Shown here one piece after another: positions 10,529 to 19,809 of a stretch of 34,825 nt of DNA. Within the stretch, counting starts at the first letter, position 1; every line of letters begins with the position of its first letter. The translations under genes and the position numbers were made by a program. Location: the NCBI GenBank assembly GCA_964573245.1, contig CAZNJA010000005.1:1-34825 (forward strand), read 5' to 3'. The notes beneath the pieces are model-generated. The model was not told the origin of the DNA. It did no database searches and saw nothing but the letters and a program-made list of their open reading frames with translations. The stretch is from an uncultured bacterium (GTDB taxonomy: Bacteria; CAIJMQ01).

Positions 10529-11587
10529 TTATCCTCTTGGATAAGAACCTAATATCTTCAAGAATGTGCAGAGTGGCTTTAATTCTTCGATTGCCTGTCT
10601 TACTCTTTTTTCTTCGCAGTGTCCCTCTAAATCAACAAAGAAGTAATATTCCCATATCTTTCTTTTTGACGGACGGGATTCTATTTTTGTCAAATTGATT
10701 TTATGTTTGTAAAAAGGGTTAAGACTGGAATACAAAGCTCCGACTTTATCTTTTAAGGAAAAAATAAGAGAAACCTTGTCGTCGCCTGTAGGTCTGCTGG
10801 ATTCTTTGCCTATTACTAAGAATCTCGTTACATTTACTGAGAGGTCTTCAATGTTTTTGGCTATTACAGGTAAATTATATAGCCGAGATGCCAACTGCGA
10901 GGCGATTGCCGCCGAAGATTTTTCTTTTGTTGCTAATTTGACCGCTTGGGCTGTTGAATATACGTCTTTTAATGGCACTCCCTGAAGATTCTTTTGTAGC
11001 CATATACTGCATTGGGCTAATGCCTGGTCTTTAGAATATACTTTCTTTATTGCCTTTTTTTTTGACATAGATAGGAGACAATGTGAAATGGGTAAAAGAA
11101 TCTCGTCGCATATCTTCACGTCGGACCCTATGAACATATCCAGAGTATGAGTTACTACTCCTTCCGTTGAATTTTCCACAGGCACAATGCCGAAATCGGC
11201 TATCCCTTTTTCTACCGCTGAAAAAATTTCTTTCATATTTGTCAAGGGTTTATAGTCAGCAGATAAACCGAATTTTTTTGTGGCTGCCTCGTGAGTATAA
11301 GTAGCTTCAGGTCCAAGATAAGCGATTGTCAGTTTTTTTTGAAGATTCATTGAAGCGGACATTATTTCACAGTATATGTTTTTAATTGCATCAGAATTTA
11401 AAGGTCCCAGATTCTTTTTTATCAGGGAACTTATAACATCTCTTTCCCTGTCAGGCATATAAACGGATACTCTTGTCTTTTTCTTGTTCTTGCCTATATT
11501 TATTGCGACTTTTGCTCTTTTGTTCAGCAAGTCGAGAATTTTATCGTCTATTTTGTTTATTTCTTTGCGTAATTTTTCTATTTCCAT
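10529..11587 (-). CDS. pheA: Chorismate mutase / prephenate dehydratase (P-protein)
   Basis: N-terminal chorismate mutase (LRKEINKIDDKILDLLNKRA), PVENSTEG, NVTRFLVIG and ACT-domain LTKIESRPS. Confidence 0.96.
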   Translation of the reverse strand: MEIEKLRKEINKIDDKILDLLNKRAKVAINIGKNKKKTRVSVYMPDRERDVISSLIKKNLGPLNSDAIKNIYCEIMSASMNLQKKLTIAYLGPEATYTHEAATKKFGLSADYKPLTNMKEIFSAVEKGIADFGIVPVENSTEGVVTHTLDMFIGSDVKICDEILLPISHCLLSMSKKKAIKKVYSKDQALAQCSIWLQKNLQGVPLKDVYSTAQAVKLATKEKSSAAIASQLASRLYNLPVIAKNIEDLSVNVTRFLVIGKESSRPTGDDKVSLIFSLKDKVGALYSSLNPFYKHKINLTKIESRPSKRKIWEYYFFVDLEGHCEEKRVRQAIEELKPLCTFLKILGSYPRG

Positions 11588-12184
11588 TTATTCTTTCCTA
11601 TTTATCTCGTTGAAATAGGCCTCGACCTTTTGGATAGGCTTTTCCACGAGGCTTTCCGTTTTTATGGAGTTATCGCTTAACTGTTCTATTTTAGGCAACT
11701 CCGAGGTAGAATTCAACCCGAAATGTTTCAGAAAGAAAGATGTTGTCCCGTATAGAAGGGGTTTGCCTATAACATCTTTCTTGCCGACAATCTTTATGAG
11801 ATTTTTTCCGAGCAGATTTCTGATGACGCCTGTCGAGTCCACCCCTCTTATATTTTCGATTTCCAATCTTGTTATGGGCTGTCGATAAGCTATCATAGCC
11901 AATGTTTCTAACGATGGCGACGATAGTATTATGGGTTTTGTTTTTACCAGTTCCTTTAAGTATAAGGAAAATTCACCCAAAGCATAGAATTGGTATCCCC
12001 CCGCTATTTTCCTGATGCGGAAACTCCTTTCTGTTTTTTCGTAATCTTGATTTAATTCTTCGATAGATTGCGTAATTTCTTTTCCGCCTACTTTCGTGAT
12101 TTCTTTTATTCTTTCGGGATTTAAGGGCGCTGAAGAACAAAATATCAAGGACTCTATTATTGTTTTTAATTTCGGGTTATCCAT
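11588..12184 (-). CDS. scpB: SMC-Scp complex subunit ScpB
   Basis: LETLAMIAYRQPITRLEIENIRGVDS and GKPLLYGTT. Confidence 0.95.
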   Translation of the reverse strand: MDNPKLKTIIESLIFCSSAPLNPERIKEITKVGGKEITQSIEELNQDYEKTERSFRIRKIAGGYQFYALGEFSLYLKELVKTKPIILSSPSLETLAMIAYRQPITRLEIENIRGVDSTGVIRNLLGKNLIKIVGKKDVIGKPLLYGTTSFFLKHFGLNSTSELPKIEQLSDNSIKTESLVEKPIQKVEAYFNEINRKE

Positions 12185-12188
12185 GTTT

Positions 12189-12923
12189 TTAAATTTTATT
12201 TCCCGTCTTTAGTGGCATTTGCAAGCTTGAGTATAACCAAATTTCGCCAAAATGGGAACTCTGTTTTATTATTATTTCTTTTAATCTTATCAGTTCCAGC
12301 AACGCCATAAAAGTTACAACCATTTCCTGTTTGCTTTTTGCTTTGGAAAACAAAGATAAAAAAGTCACTTTTCGGGATTTTTTTAGGACGTTTTTGATCA
12401 GGACTATCTTATCGTTTACCGTTATGTTTTCTTCTTCGATTTCCAAGATATGTTTCTTTTCCGCCTCCTTCAATATTGCAGAAAAAGCGTCGAGAAGATC
12501 AAATAAAGTCGCTTCTATTTGGATATTTTCTTCTTTCTTAAGGAATGGCTCTCTTGCGAATAATTGTTTTTCATAGCGCTGGCGCTGTTCCAATTGCGAA
12601 GCTAATTGTTTGAATTTTTCGTATTCGGCTAATTTTTCTCTTAATTCTTGCAGTTGTCTTTCCTCGTCTAATATTTCTTCTTCTGTTTTTCGTTCCGTGG
12701 GCAGAAGGCTTCTGGATTTTAGATACATTAAAGTTGCAGCGTACATGATAAATTCTCCTGCTATTTCCAAATTTAATTCCTTGACCATTTCTATATATTT
12801 TAAGTATTCATCCGTAATTTGCGCGATAGGTATTTTGAAAATATCCAATTCGTTTTTTCTGACCAGATGAAGAAGTAGGTCAAGAGGACCTGCAAAATTT
12901 TCCAATTTTATACTGTATGTCAT
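12189..12923 (-). CDS. scpA: Segregation/condensation protein ScpA
   Basis: FAGPLDLLLHLV, AATLMYLKSRSLLP and VVTFMALLELIR. Confidence 0.95.
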   Translation of the reverse strand: MTYSIKLENFAGPLDLLLHLVRKNELDIFKIPIAQITDEYLKYIEMVKELNLEIAGEFIMYAATLMYLKSRSLLPTERKTEEEILDEERQLQELREKLAEYEKFKQLASQLEQRQRYEKQLFAREPFLKKEENIQIEATLFDLLDAFSAILKEAEKKHILEIEEENITVNDKIVLIKNVLKKSRKVTFLSLFSKAKSKQEMVVTFMALLELIRLKEIIIKQSSHFGEIWLYSSLQMPLKTGNKI

Positions 12924-12925
12924 AT

Positions 12926-13606
12926 TTATTTGCCTAGTAATTTTATGGCGGCTGGCACAAAATTGATTTTAAATAATTCAGTCCACAAGTAAATAATAGG
13001 ATATATTATTAATCCGAGTACACCTGTTATCCACATAAAGATTAGAATGAAAATTGAAAACGATTGAATTTTCATATATTTCATTTCTGCTTGGGGGGAT
13101 AAAAACCCCGCCAAAATATGAGAACCGTCCAATGGCGGTAGGGGAATAAGGTTGAATATTCCAAGTACCAAATTTAAAAGTATTGCAAATGCCACAAAAG
13201 ATTCCGCCAAAGAATTGGCAGGCAGAATGCCTGTTTTAAAAATAATGGTGAAACAAAAAGCAAGAGTGAGATTGGTCAAAGGCCCCGATGCTCCTATCAG
13301 CATCATGTCTTTTTTTGGATTTTTTAGATTATAAAGGTTTATAGGAACGGGTTTTGCCCATCCAAAGAGAAGTGCTGTGCCTGAAAAAAAGACAGCGTTA
13401 AATAATAAAAAAAGCGGCAGTATTACGGTCCCGACGATATCGATATGGGGCCTCGGGTCTAAAGTTAATCTAGAAGAAAGAAGAGGGCTTTCGTCTCCTA
13501 ATTTTCTGCCCATCCATGCGTGAAAATATTCGTGAAAAACAACCGAACCAAGCAAGACAATATAAGCGGATATAACCTGCAGTAAGAGCAAATTTAAACC
13601 TTTCAA
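12926..13606 (-). CDS. Site-2 (M50) intramembrane metalloprotease
   Basis: HEYFH, GWAKPVP, ASGPLTN and FNLIPLPPLDGSHI. Confidence 0.93.
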   Translation of the reverse strand: MKGLNLLLLQVISAYIVLLGSVVFHEYFHAWMGRKLGDESPLLSSRLTLDPRPHIDIVGTVILPLFLLFNAVFFSGTALLFGWAKPVPINLYNLKNPKKDMMLIGASGPLTNLTLAFCFTIIFKTGILPANSLAESFVAFAILLNLVLGIFNLIPLPPLDGSHILAGFLSPQAEMKYMKIQSFSIFILIFMWITGVLGLIIYPIIYLWTELFKINFVPAAIKLLGK

Positions 13607-13679
13607 AATTTTGGAGAGAGATTTTGTAAGATAAATTTACAAAAATCGCCAAAACAAAAGACAGATAGAGAAAAGGGTA

Positions 13680-14303
13680 TTAGTTATGGCCTATGAATTC
13701 ATTAGTCTCTTCGATTAAGCTCTCTGCCTGACTTTTTGTCTGTTGAGCAGATTGAATAAGAGAGTTTGCCGTTTCTTCAATTTTTGCGCTTTCTTCTTTA
13801 TCTGTAGGCAAAATTGCTCCTATGCTGCTAATAACTTTATTTATCTGGGGAATTTCTTTGCCTTGCAGATTGAAAGCAAGTATAGATACGGAAAAGGCAG
13901 AAATTATAAAAGCCACAATTAGCAAAATAGCAGGCCAGTTTCCCAGGGAACTGGCTTGCGACTTGTTAAGGGATTTCAAGAATTTTCCGGGCGATTGCTC
14001 AGCTTCGAAACTAGACCCTTTTGAACCGGTTCTGTTGAGGCCTATTCTTGTTGTTTCCCTAGGGGGTTCTATTACCCGTGTAGAACCCTCTTGTTGTGCC
14101 TTGATAAAAGACGGTTCTTCTTTTGTGGGAGGTGCTACAGGTGGCTCTACGGTTATTTTGGAAATTTCGCTTAATTTAATCTTTCTGACGCTTTCCTGGT
14201 ATAGCGGCGCCAATTTCCCTTCCTTGACGTATTTTTCCAATTGAGCTTTATTGACTTTCAACAGTTTTAAAGCTTCTTCTTCGTTTAAGAGTTCTTCTTT
14301 CAT
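13680..14303 (-). CDS. Membrane protein with N-terminal excisionase-like HTH
   Basis: ATG at 14303 after GGAGG. EEALKLLKV...YVKEGKL resembles HTH_17; Pro-rich linker; one TM helix. Confidence 0.65.
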   Translation of the reverse strand: MKEELLNEEEALKLLKVNKAQLEKYVKEGKLAPLYQESVRKIKLSEISKITVEPPVAPPTKEEPSFIKAQQEGSTRVIEPPRETTRIGLNRTGSKGSSFEAEQSPGKFLKSLNKSQASSLGNWPAILLIVAFIISAFSVSILAFNLQGKEIPQINKVISSIGAILPTDKEESAKIEETANSLIQSAQQTKSQAESLIEETNEFIGHN

Positions 14304-14334
14304 TTTTCCTCCCTGTTTTGAAGTAATATCATTA

Positions 14335-15147
14335 TTATTCTTCAACCCATAGTACTAATTTTACATTGTCTCCACTCTTGATGTTGTAATCGTGTTTTTC
14401 TATATCCATTTGAGCGACCATGATTGTGTTGTAAACATCCCCAAGAGACAACTTGGCTTTTACTTGGTCCGAATCTATTATGTAAAAAGTTGTCCCTTTT
14501 TGAGGTTTTATACTGCCTTTGAAATTAATGGCAATTACCCCGTTCTGCTTAATATCTACGACTTTTCCTTCTATTTCTTTAACAACTTGAGGGGTTCCTT
14601 CTCCAGCAACAGATGATTCTCTTTCCATGAGTATTCCCAAAGCTTCAAGTGTAGCAAGTTGGTCTTGTGCAATGGAAAGTTTATTTTCTGTTTCTTTAAG
14701 TTTCCTTGAGAGTTGAGATACCATTGATTCTAAATCTGTCCCATCTAGTATTATGTCATCAACTCCTTCCTCTGAGTATTTTGCTAACTCATCAGTTAAT
14801 ATGACAATTTTTGCTCTCGCTTGCTGCAGTTCAGTATTCAATCTTCTATTTTCATTTGTTACTTCCGCCAAATCTCTTTCTGCCTTTTCTTTGTCTGCTA
14901 TGGCATTGGCTGTTTCTTCTCTGAGTTGTTCAGCGAGAATTCTTAAGGAGCCTATTTCGTCTTTTGCAAGATTTATGGTCTTAGTTAGCGAATCTATAGT
15001 ATTCTGCAAAGATGAAACATTGTCTTGCAGTGACGTAATCAGCCCCTTTTGCAATTCAATCCTGTTAATACTTTTAGCGGCGAAAAACAAAAAACCTATT
15101 GAAACTATAAGAACCAAAATTGCAGCTATCTTTGTAACTTTTTCCAT
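14335..15147 (-). CDS. Membrane-anchored coiled-coil hypothetical protein
   Basis: N-terminal TM segment, long heptad region and C-terminal beta-rich domain. Confidence 0.75.
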   Translation of the reverse strand: MEKVTKIAAILVLIVSIGFLFFAAKSINRIELQKGLITSLQDNVSSLQNTIDSLTKTINLAKDEIGSLRILAEQLREETANAIADKEKAERDLAEVTNENRRLNTELQQARAKIVILTDELAKYSEEGVDDIILDGTDLESMVSQLSRKLKETENKLSIAQDQLATLEALGILMERESSVAGEGTPQVVKEIEGKVVDIKQNGVIAINFKGSIKPQKGTTFYIIDSDQVKAKLSLGDVYNTIMVAQMDIEKHDYNIKSGDNVKLVLWVEE

Positions 15148-15264
15148 TTTTCTACCTCTTTTTATCCTATCAAATATCTTGCAAGAGAACTTGCTGATAG
15201 GGTTAATGGTTACATTTTATATTTTCTAAAATCTCCTTTTTCGCAAAGAACCGAGTAAAAAATT

Positions 15265-15558
15265 CTAAGTAATTACATCCTCTTCAACAAATATAGACAA
15301 ACAAGTTCTTCACGCAAACACTATTGCATCGGAAAACTCGCAATCTGCTGTATTTAGTTTTTGGACTACTTTGACTGAAAGTTTAGCATAGAAAGTATTG
15401 TTTTTCAACCCATTTATGCAAATTTTGGAAACTTTAGTGTTCACCTTTTCCATGACAGTTTTTGCTAAATTGCGGGTTAAAGAATAGGGGAAAATTACTC
15501 CGTCCGGTTTTAAACCTGTGGCGTTGGTTCCTTTCGTTTTAATCGTTGTCTTTGCCAT
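15265..15558 (-). pseudogene. Bifunctional nuclease (DUF151) remnant
   Basis: NNTFYAKL...FSDAIVFA*RTCLSIFVEEDVIT* follows the DUF151 consensus across the internal TGA at 15310-15312. The N-terminal part is missing. Confidence 0.7.
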
Positions 15559-15727
15559 TGTTTTCAGTTTTATCATCCTCCAAGGGTGAGGGTATTTTAT
15601 ATTTGTTGTCAAACCATTTTTCTAAATCTAGTAATTTACATCTTCTGCTGCAAAAAGGAAAGTTGACCGAAGATTCCTTTTCGTTTTTATGTATGCCTTT
15701 CCCGCATCGAGGACATTTTGCTATCAT
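15539..15727 (-). CDS. yacG: DNA gyrase inhibitor YacG
   Basis: CPRCGK...FPFCSRRCKLLDLEKWFDNKYKIP. Confidence 0.92.
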   Translation of the reverse strand: MIAKCPRCGKGIHKNEKESSVNFPFCSRRCKLLDLEKWFDNKYKIPSPLEDDKTENNGKDND

Positions 15728-15740
15728 TTAGCGATTTTTG

Positions 15741-16451
15741 TCAATTGACCGAAGCTAAGTTCTCTTTGTTTTCCGTTTTTTGTTTGTTGCCATGATTTAT
15801 ATTTTCTATCTCATCTTCGCCTATTTCCACTTCCCATTTATTGAAGTCTATGAAATGAGTCCAACTTTTATGTCTTTGAGTTTCAATGTGTAAATTCTGC
15901 AAGGGATAGCGTAAAGGCGCGCGCGGTTTTTGTAAAAGTTTCATGCCGGTTTCAGGCAGGATTTTTCCGCCTTTTTTTAAATTGCAGCCAAAACAACAAC
16001 TGACAACGTTTGTCCAAGTGGTTTTCCCCCCCCTGTGTCTAGGGAGTATGTGGTCGATATTCAGTTTTTTTTGGTCTAATTTCCTGCCGCAATATTGGCA
16101 GGTGTATTTATCTCTTTTATAAATGTTTTCTCTGGATAACTTAATTCTCAAGTTTGGATAACCTAAATAAAAACTTAAAATTATTATGTTGGGTTTTTTG
16201 AGCAAATAAGAAACGGAATGTATGAAACCGTTATTGTGGCTTTCATCGTCTTGTGTATTGCTGGAAAAAAATTTGTTTTGGGAATATTCCAACCATTTTG
16301 AGAAATCGTATAATTCATAATTGTCGTTTTGAGATTCGACAGCTTTGGCGTGTCCCGTATAAAGGAAGCATACAGCGCGTTTTGCACTGCATACATTTAT
16401 TGCCTGCCAAAGTCTGTTCAAAACCAACACTTTTTCTTCTAAAAGATTCAT
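15741..16451 (-). CDS. HNH endonuclease (McrA-like family)
   Basis: VLVLN N-terminus; SRENIYKRDKYTCQYCG, DHILPRHRGGKTTWTNVVSCCFGCNLKKG. Start taken at the ATG at 16451. Confidence 0.9.
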   Translation of the reverse strand: MNLLEEKVLVLNRLWQAINVCSAKRAVCFLYTGHAKAVESQNDNYELYDFSKWLEYSQNKFFSSNTQDDESHNNGFIHSVSYLLKKPNIIILSFYLGYPNLRIKLSRENIYKRDKYTCQYCGRKLDQKKLNIDHILPRHRGGKTTWTNVVSCCFGCNLKKGGKILPETGMKLLQKPRAPLRYPLQNLHIETQRHKSWTHFIDFNKWEVEIGEDEIENINHGNKQKTENKENLASVN

Positions 16452-16605
16452 GGTCGGGATGATAGCATAGCAATAATTTTTTATCAATTTAATTGCGCAA
16501 TATTTTATGTCTTTATAAGTTGCAATAATTTTTATTTTTCTTTTGAAGCAATTTTTTACATATCATAAAGGTAACACTTATTATAAGAAAAATCGCCTAA
16601 GAAGT

Positions 16606-17952
16606 TTATGGGAAAACCAGCACGGCAATTCTAAAATAAACCAAAAGCGTAACAATATCTACAATGCTCGCAATAAACGGACCGGACATTAAAGCGGGGT
16701 CCAGTTTCATTCTCTTGAATAGTAGAGGAAGCACGGCTCCCAGTGTGGTTGCTACGACAACTGTTGCAATCATAGCGCTTCCCACGGTTATTGCCAAAAG
16801 CGGGTCTTTATTTAAGACTAAGGCTCTAAATGCCGCTAATATTCCCATGGCTAATCCTACTATGCCACCTATGGATAATTCCTTTAAAAAAATCTTAAGG
16901 ATGTCTCTCATGTGTATTTCGCCTGTCGCCAATCCCCGAATGACAACGGTGGAGGATTGAGTCCCTGCGTTTCCTCCCGAACCGCAAAGAAGCGGGATGA
17001 AAAATGCCAGCGCAACGACTGCTTGTAACTGATAGGCATATTTCTCCATCACCATTCCCGAAACAAAACCCATAGCAACTAACACAAGTAGCCATATTAT
17101 TCTGTGTTTAGCGATAAGGCGAGGAGGAGAACCCATGTAATCAATGTAATCTCCGGCGGCTCCATATTTATAAATGTCTTCAGTATGTTCTTGCTCGATA
17201 ACATCTACCACATCGTCGACTGTTACAATGCCGATTAGTTTATTGTCCGTATCAACGATGGGTATTGCTAACAAGTCATAGTCGGATAATTTTTTTGCCA
17301 CTTGTTCTTTGTCGTCATCAATATGTGCATTGATAATATTTGTATGCATTATGTTCTTAATCAATTCGGTTCCATTGGCAATTAGTATGTCTTTTAAGGA
17401 AATAAATCCGAGAAGTTTACGTTCGCTATCTATAACATAAACATAATAAATAGTTTCCCTGTCGAAAGCTTGTTTTTTAAGTTGGTTCAAGGCTTCGCTT
17501 GCTGTAATGTCCTGCGAAAGAAAAGCATATTCTGTGGTAAGTATCGAACCAGCAGTTCCTTCTTTGTATTGGAGAAGTTTTTTTATGTCGTTGCGTTCGG
17601 CTTGAGCGATAAGCGGAAGAATTTGTTCGGTTTTTTCTTTGGAAAGAGCTTTTATGAAATCAGTTCTTTCGTCAGGAGCCATGTTTTCCAGTATATTAGC
17701 CATCCATTCTTTGGAAAAATGGCGAAAAATTTCTCGTTGACGTTTGGTTTTAAACTGTTGAAAAAATTCGATACCTAAAGGACTTTCCAATGCAATGACT
17801 ATTTGAGCATTTTGCTGCGGCTCCAAATCTTCGCAAAGCGTGGAAATTTCTCGCGGATGCAAGTCTAAGAAAAGTTTTCGAATTTCCGCGTCTTTATTAG
17901 GCAATTTCAAAACTTCTTCTATTTCCGGGGAGATAATAGATTTTCTGTGCAT
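16606..17952 (-). CDS. mgtE: Magnesium transporter MgtE
   Basis: CBS pair (GTAGSILTTEY, GIVTVDD), GGNAGTQS and DPALMSGPFIASIVD. Confidence 0.96.
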   Translation of the reverse strand: MHRKSIISPEIEEVLKLPNKDAEIRKLFLDLHPREISTLCEDLEPQQNAQIVIALESPLGIEFFQQFKTKRQREIFRHFSKEWMANILENMAPDERTDFIKALSKEKTEQILPLIAQAERNDIKKLLQYKEGTAGSILTTEYAFLSQDITASEALNQLKKQAFDRETIYYVYVIDSERKLLGFISLKDILIANGTELIKNIMHTNIINAHIDDDKEQVAKKLSDYDLLAIPIVDTDNKLIGIVTVDDVVDVIEQEHTEDIYKYGAAGDYIDYMGSPPRLIAKHRIIWLLVLVAMGFVSGMVMEKYAYQLQAVVALAFFIPLLCGSGGNAGTQSSTVVIRGLATGEIHMRDILKIFLKELSIGGIVGLAMGILAAFRALVLNKDPLLAITVGSAMIATVVVATTLGAVLPLLFKRMKLDPALMSGPFIASIVDIVTLLVYFRIAVLVFP

Positions 17953-17978
17953 CGAGCATCCTCCGCTAATACAAACGC

Positions 17979-18007
17979 ATAATATAAAAAAAATAACAAT
18001 GTTTCAA
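17979..18007 (-). promoter_or_regulatory. Candidate mgtE promoter
   Basis: TTGAAA (18007-18002)-N17-TATTAT (17984-17979). The -35 box lies inside the CRISPR-like repeat. Confidence 0.45.
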
Positions 18008-18115
18008 TCTTTATTTTAATGGAATCTATTCTTTAACTATACCAACCACGTTAAAATCTTTGATTTTTTACATGGTTTCAATCCTTGTTTTATTTTAATA
18101 GAAGTTATTTTTAAT
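18001..18115 (-). CRISPR. Degenerate orphan two-repeat CRISPR-like remnant
   Basis: 37-nt GTTTCAATCTTTATTTTAATGGAATCTATTCTTTAAC, a 37-nt spacer, then GTTTCAATCCTTGTTTTA(TTTTA)ATAGAAGTTATTTTTAAT. Both repeats end in ATTGAAAC on the minus strand. No cas genes in the window. Confidence 0.55.
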
Positions 18116-18131
18116 CGGACTAACGCGGTTT

Positions 18132-18303
18132 ACCCTCTTAGAGATAATTCCGATGTAACATCGGAATGTTCAGTTGCCATTTGGCAATCACACTTTTTAT
18201 CTTTGTTTCTGAAACGTTGAGATAAATCATAAACTTTTTTTAAACCCCGCCTTGCTCGCCTCGCTTCGCGGGCGAAGCGGACCGTCGAGGCAGGTTTAAC
18301 GGG
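18132..18303 (-). mobile_element. ~130-bp CCCGTTAGA-family palindromic element (inverted copy) with a nested CCTGCC element at 18246-18294
   Basis: Minus strand reads TCCCGTTAAA[insert]...TTATGATTTATCT...TCCGATGTTACATCGGAATTATCTCTAAGAGGGT, which is collinear with the kdsB insertion. Confidence 0.7.
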
Positions 18304-18439
18304 ATTTGTCCCGTTAGAGATGAAATAAAGAGTTACGATTTATTTTGAGAATTTGGAGATAAAAAAAGACGACATTTAAATCAAAGCTGGTTTACGATTG
18401 CCGAAGATACGACGGCAACCTATCTCTAACGGGACAAAT
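18304..18439 (+). mobile_element. CCCGTTAGA-family element with perfect 18-bp terminal inverted repeats
   Basis: ATTTGTCCCGTTAGAGAT (18304-18321) / ATCTCTAACGGGACAAAT (18422-18439), plus a subterminal CCG..CGG hairpin like the one in the kdsB insertion. Confidence 0.8.
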
Positions 18440-19796
18440 ATTTTTCTATAAATTCGGGACGGATTCGTTTAAGTTCTTCCTTGGGAAGTTTAGCAAGCAG
18501 TTTCCAGCCCAAATTTAAAGTTTCTTCTATTGTTCTGGATTTAGATTCGTCTTGCTGAACATATTCTTTTTCGAAAGTCAGGGCAAAGTCGAGATAAAGT
18601 TTATCCAACTCGGATAAACTTTCTTGTCCCATTATCACTGCCAGTTCTTGCGCTTGTTTGCCTTTTGCGTATGCTGAAAAAAGTTGGTTGAAAAGGTCCG
18701 AATGGTCTTCTCTTGTTTTGCCTTTTCCGATTCCTCTGTCTTTAAGCCGCGACAGAGAAGGCATTACATCTATGGGCGGATAAATCCCTTTCCTGTGCAG
18801 GTCTCTTGAAAGAATTATTTGCCCTTCGGTAATGTAACCGGTAAGGTCGGGGATAGGGTGCGTCTTGTCATCTTCGGGCATTGTAAGAATAGGCACTTGT
18901 GTAATTGAGCCCTTTCTGCCTTTTATTCTTCCTGCCCGTTCATATATGCTTGCAAGGTCAGTATACATATATCCGGGATATCCTCTTCGTCCCGGCACTT
19001 CTTTTCTCGCAGCAGAAATTTGTCTAAGCGCTTCGCAATAGTTCGTCATGTCCGTTAGAACTACAAGAACGTGCATGTCATGTTCGAAAGCCAAAAATTC
19101 AGCCGCAGTGAGCGCTGCTCTCGGAACAGCGATTCTTTCTATTACCGGGTCGTCAGCTTTATTTATAAAAAGGACCGTTCTTTCCATTGCCGCGCCTTCT
19201 TGGAAATTTCTTATAAAGAAATCTATTTCTTCGAAAGTAATGCCGATGGCGCCAAAAACAACAGCGAAGCTCTCTTCTTTTCCCAATATCTTTGCTTGCC
19301 TGACTATTTGCGCGGCAACTCGAGAGTGGGGGAGTCCAGAACCTGAAAGTATCGGAAGCTTCTGTCCTCTAACCAGTGTGTTTAATCCATCAATGGCCGA
19401 AATTCCTGTTTGTATAAATTCATTTGGGTAATCTCTTGCAATAGGATTTATTGGGCTTCCGTTTATGTCCAAATATTTTTCGGGAATAATTTCGAAACTT
19501 CCGTCTAATGGCTCACCCAATCCGTTAAAGACTTTTCCCAAAATATCCAAAGACACGCCTAATTCTATGCCTTTGCCTAAAAACTTAACTCGGCTTTTTA
19601 CTATGTCGATGCCGCTGGAAGCTTCAAAGAGCTGGACTAATGCTTTGTCGGAAGAAACCTCCAGAACTTTACCTCTTCGTTTTTCGCCGGATGCAGTGGT
19701 AAGTTCTATCAATTCATCATATTTAACTCCTGAAATTTCTTCCACGAGCACCAGAGGTCCTGATATCTCTCTTAATGTCAAATATTCTTTAGCCAT
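18426..19796 (-). CDS. atpB: V/A-type ATP synthase subunit B
   Basis: [47 protein letters not shown] and [16 protein letters not shown]. Confidence 0.96.
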   Translation of the reverse strand: MAKEYLTLREISGPLVLVEEISGVKYDELIELTTASGEKRRGKVLEVSSDKALVQLFEASSGIDIVKSRVKFLGKGIELGVSLDILGKVFNGLGEPLDGSFEIIPEKYLDINGSPINPIARDYPNEFIQTGISAIDGLNTLVRGQKLPILSGSGLPHSRVAAQIVRQAKILGKEESFAVVFGAIGITFEEIDFFIRNFQEGAAMERTVLFINKADDPVIERIAVPRAALTAAEFLAFEHDMHVLVVLTDMTNYCEALRQISAARKEVPGRRGYPGYMYTDLASIYERAGRIKGRKGSITQVPILTMPEDDKTHPIPDLTGYITEGQIILSRDLHRKGIYPPIDVMPSLSRLKDRGIGKGKTREDHSDLFNQLFSAYAKGKQAQELAVIMGQESLSELDKLYLDFALTFEKEYVQQDESKSRTIEETLNLGWKLLAKLPKEELKRIRPEFIEKYLSR

Positions 19797-19809
19797 GTTA
19801 ATAGTTATT

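Noticed and set aside
9829-10698. 289-aa plus-strand ORF and the other antisense ORFs in the track
   Set aside because: They are shadows of well-supported genes on the opposite strand and carry no recognisable motifs.
15741-16451. HNH protein as an RNA-guided effector (IscB/Cas9-like) paired with the CRISPR remnant
   Set aside because: No RuvC motifs or bridge helix. It looks like the common McrA-like family, and mgtE separates it from the repeats.
17953-18425. M-box Mg2+ riboswitch upstream of mgtE
   Set aside because: No M-box consensus is recognisable; the region is explained by the CRISPR-like and palindromic repeats.
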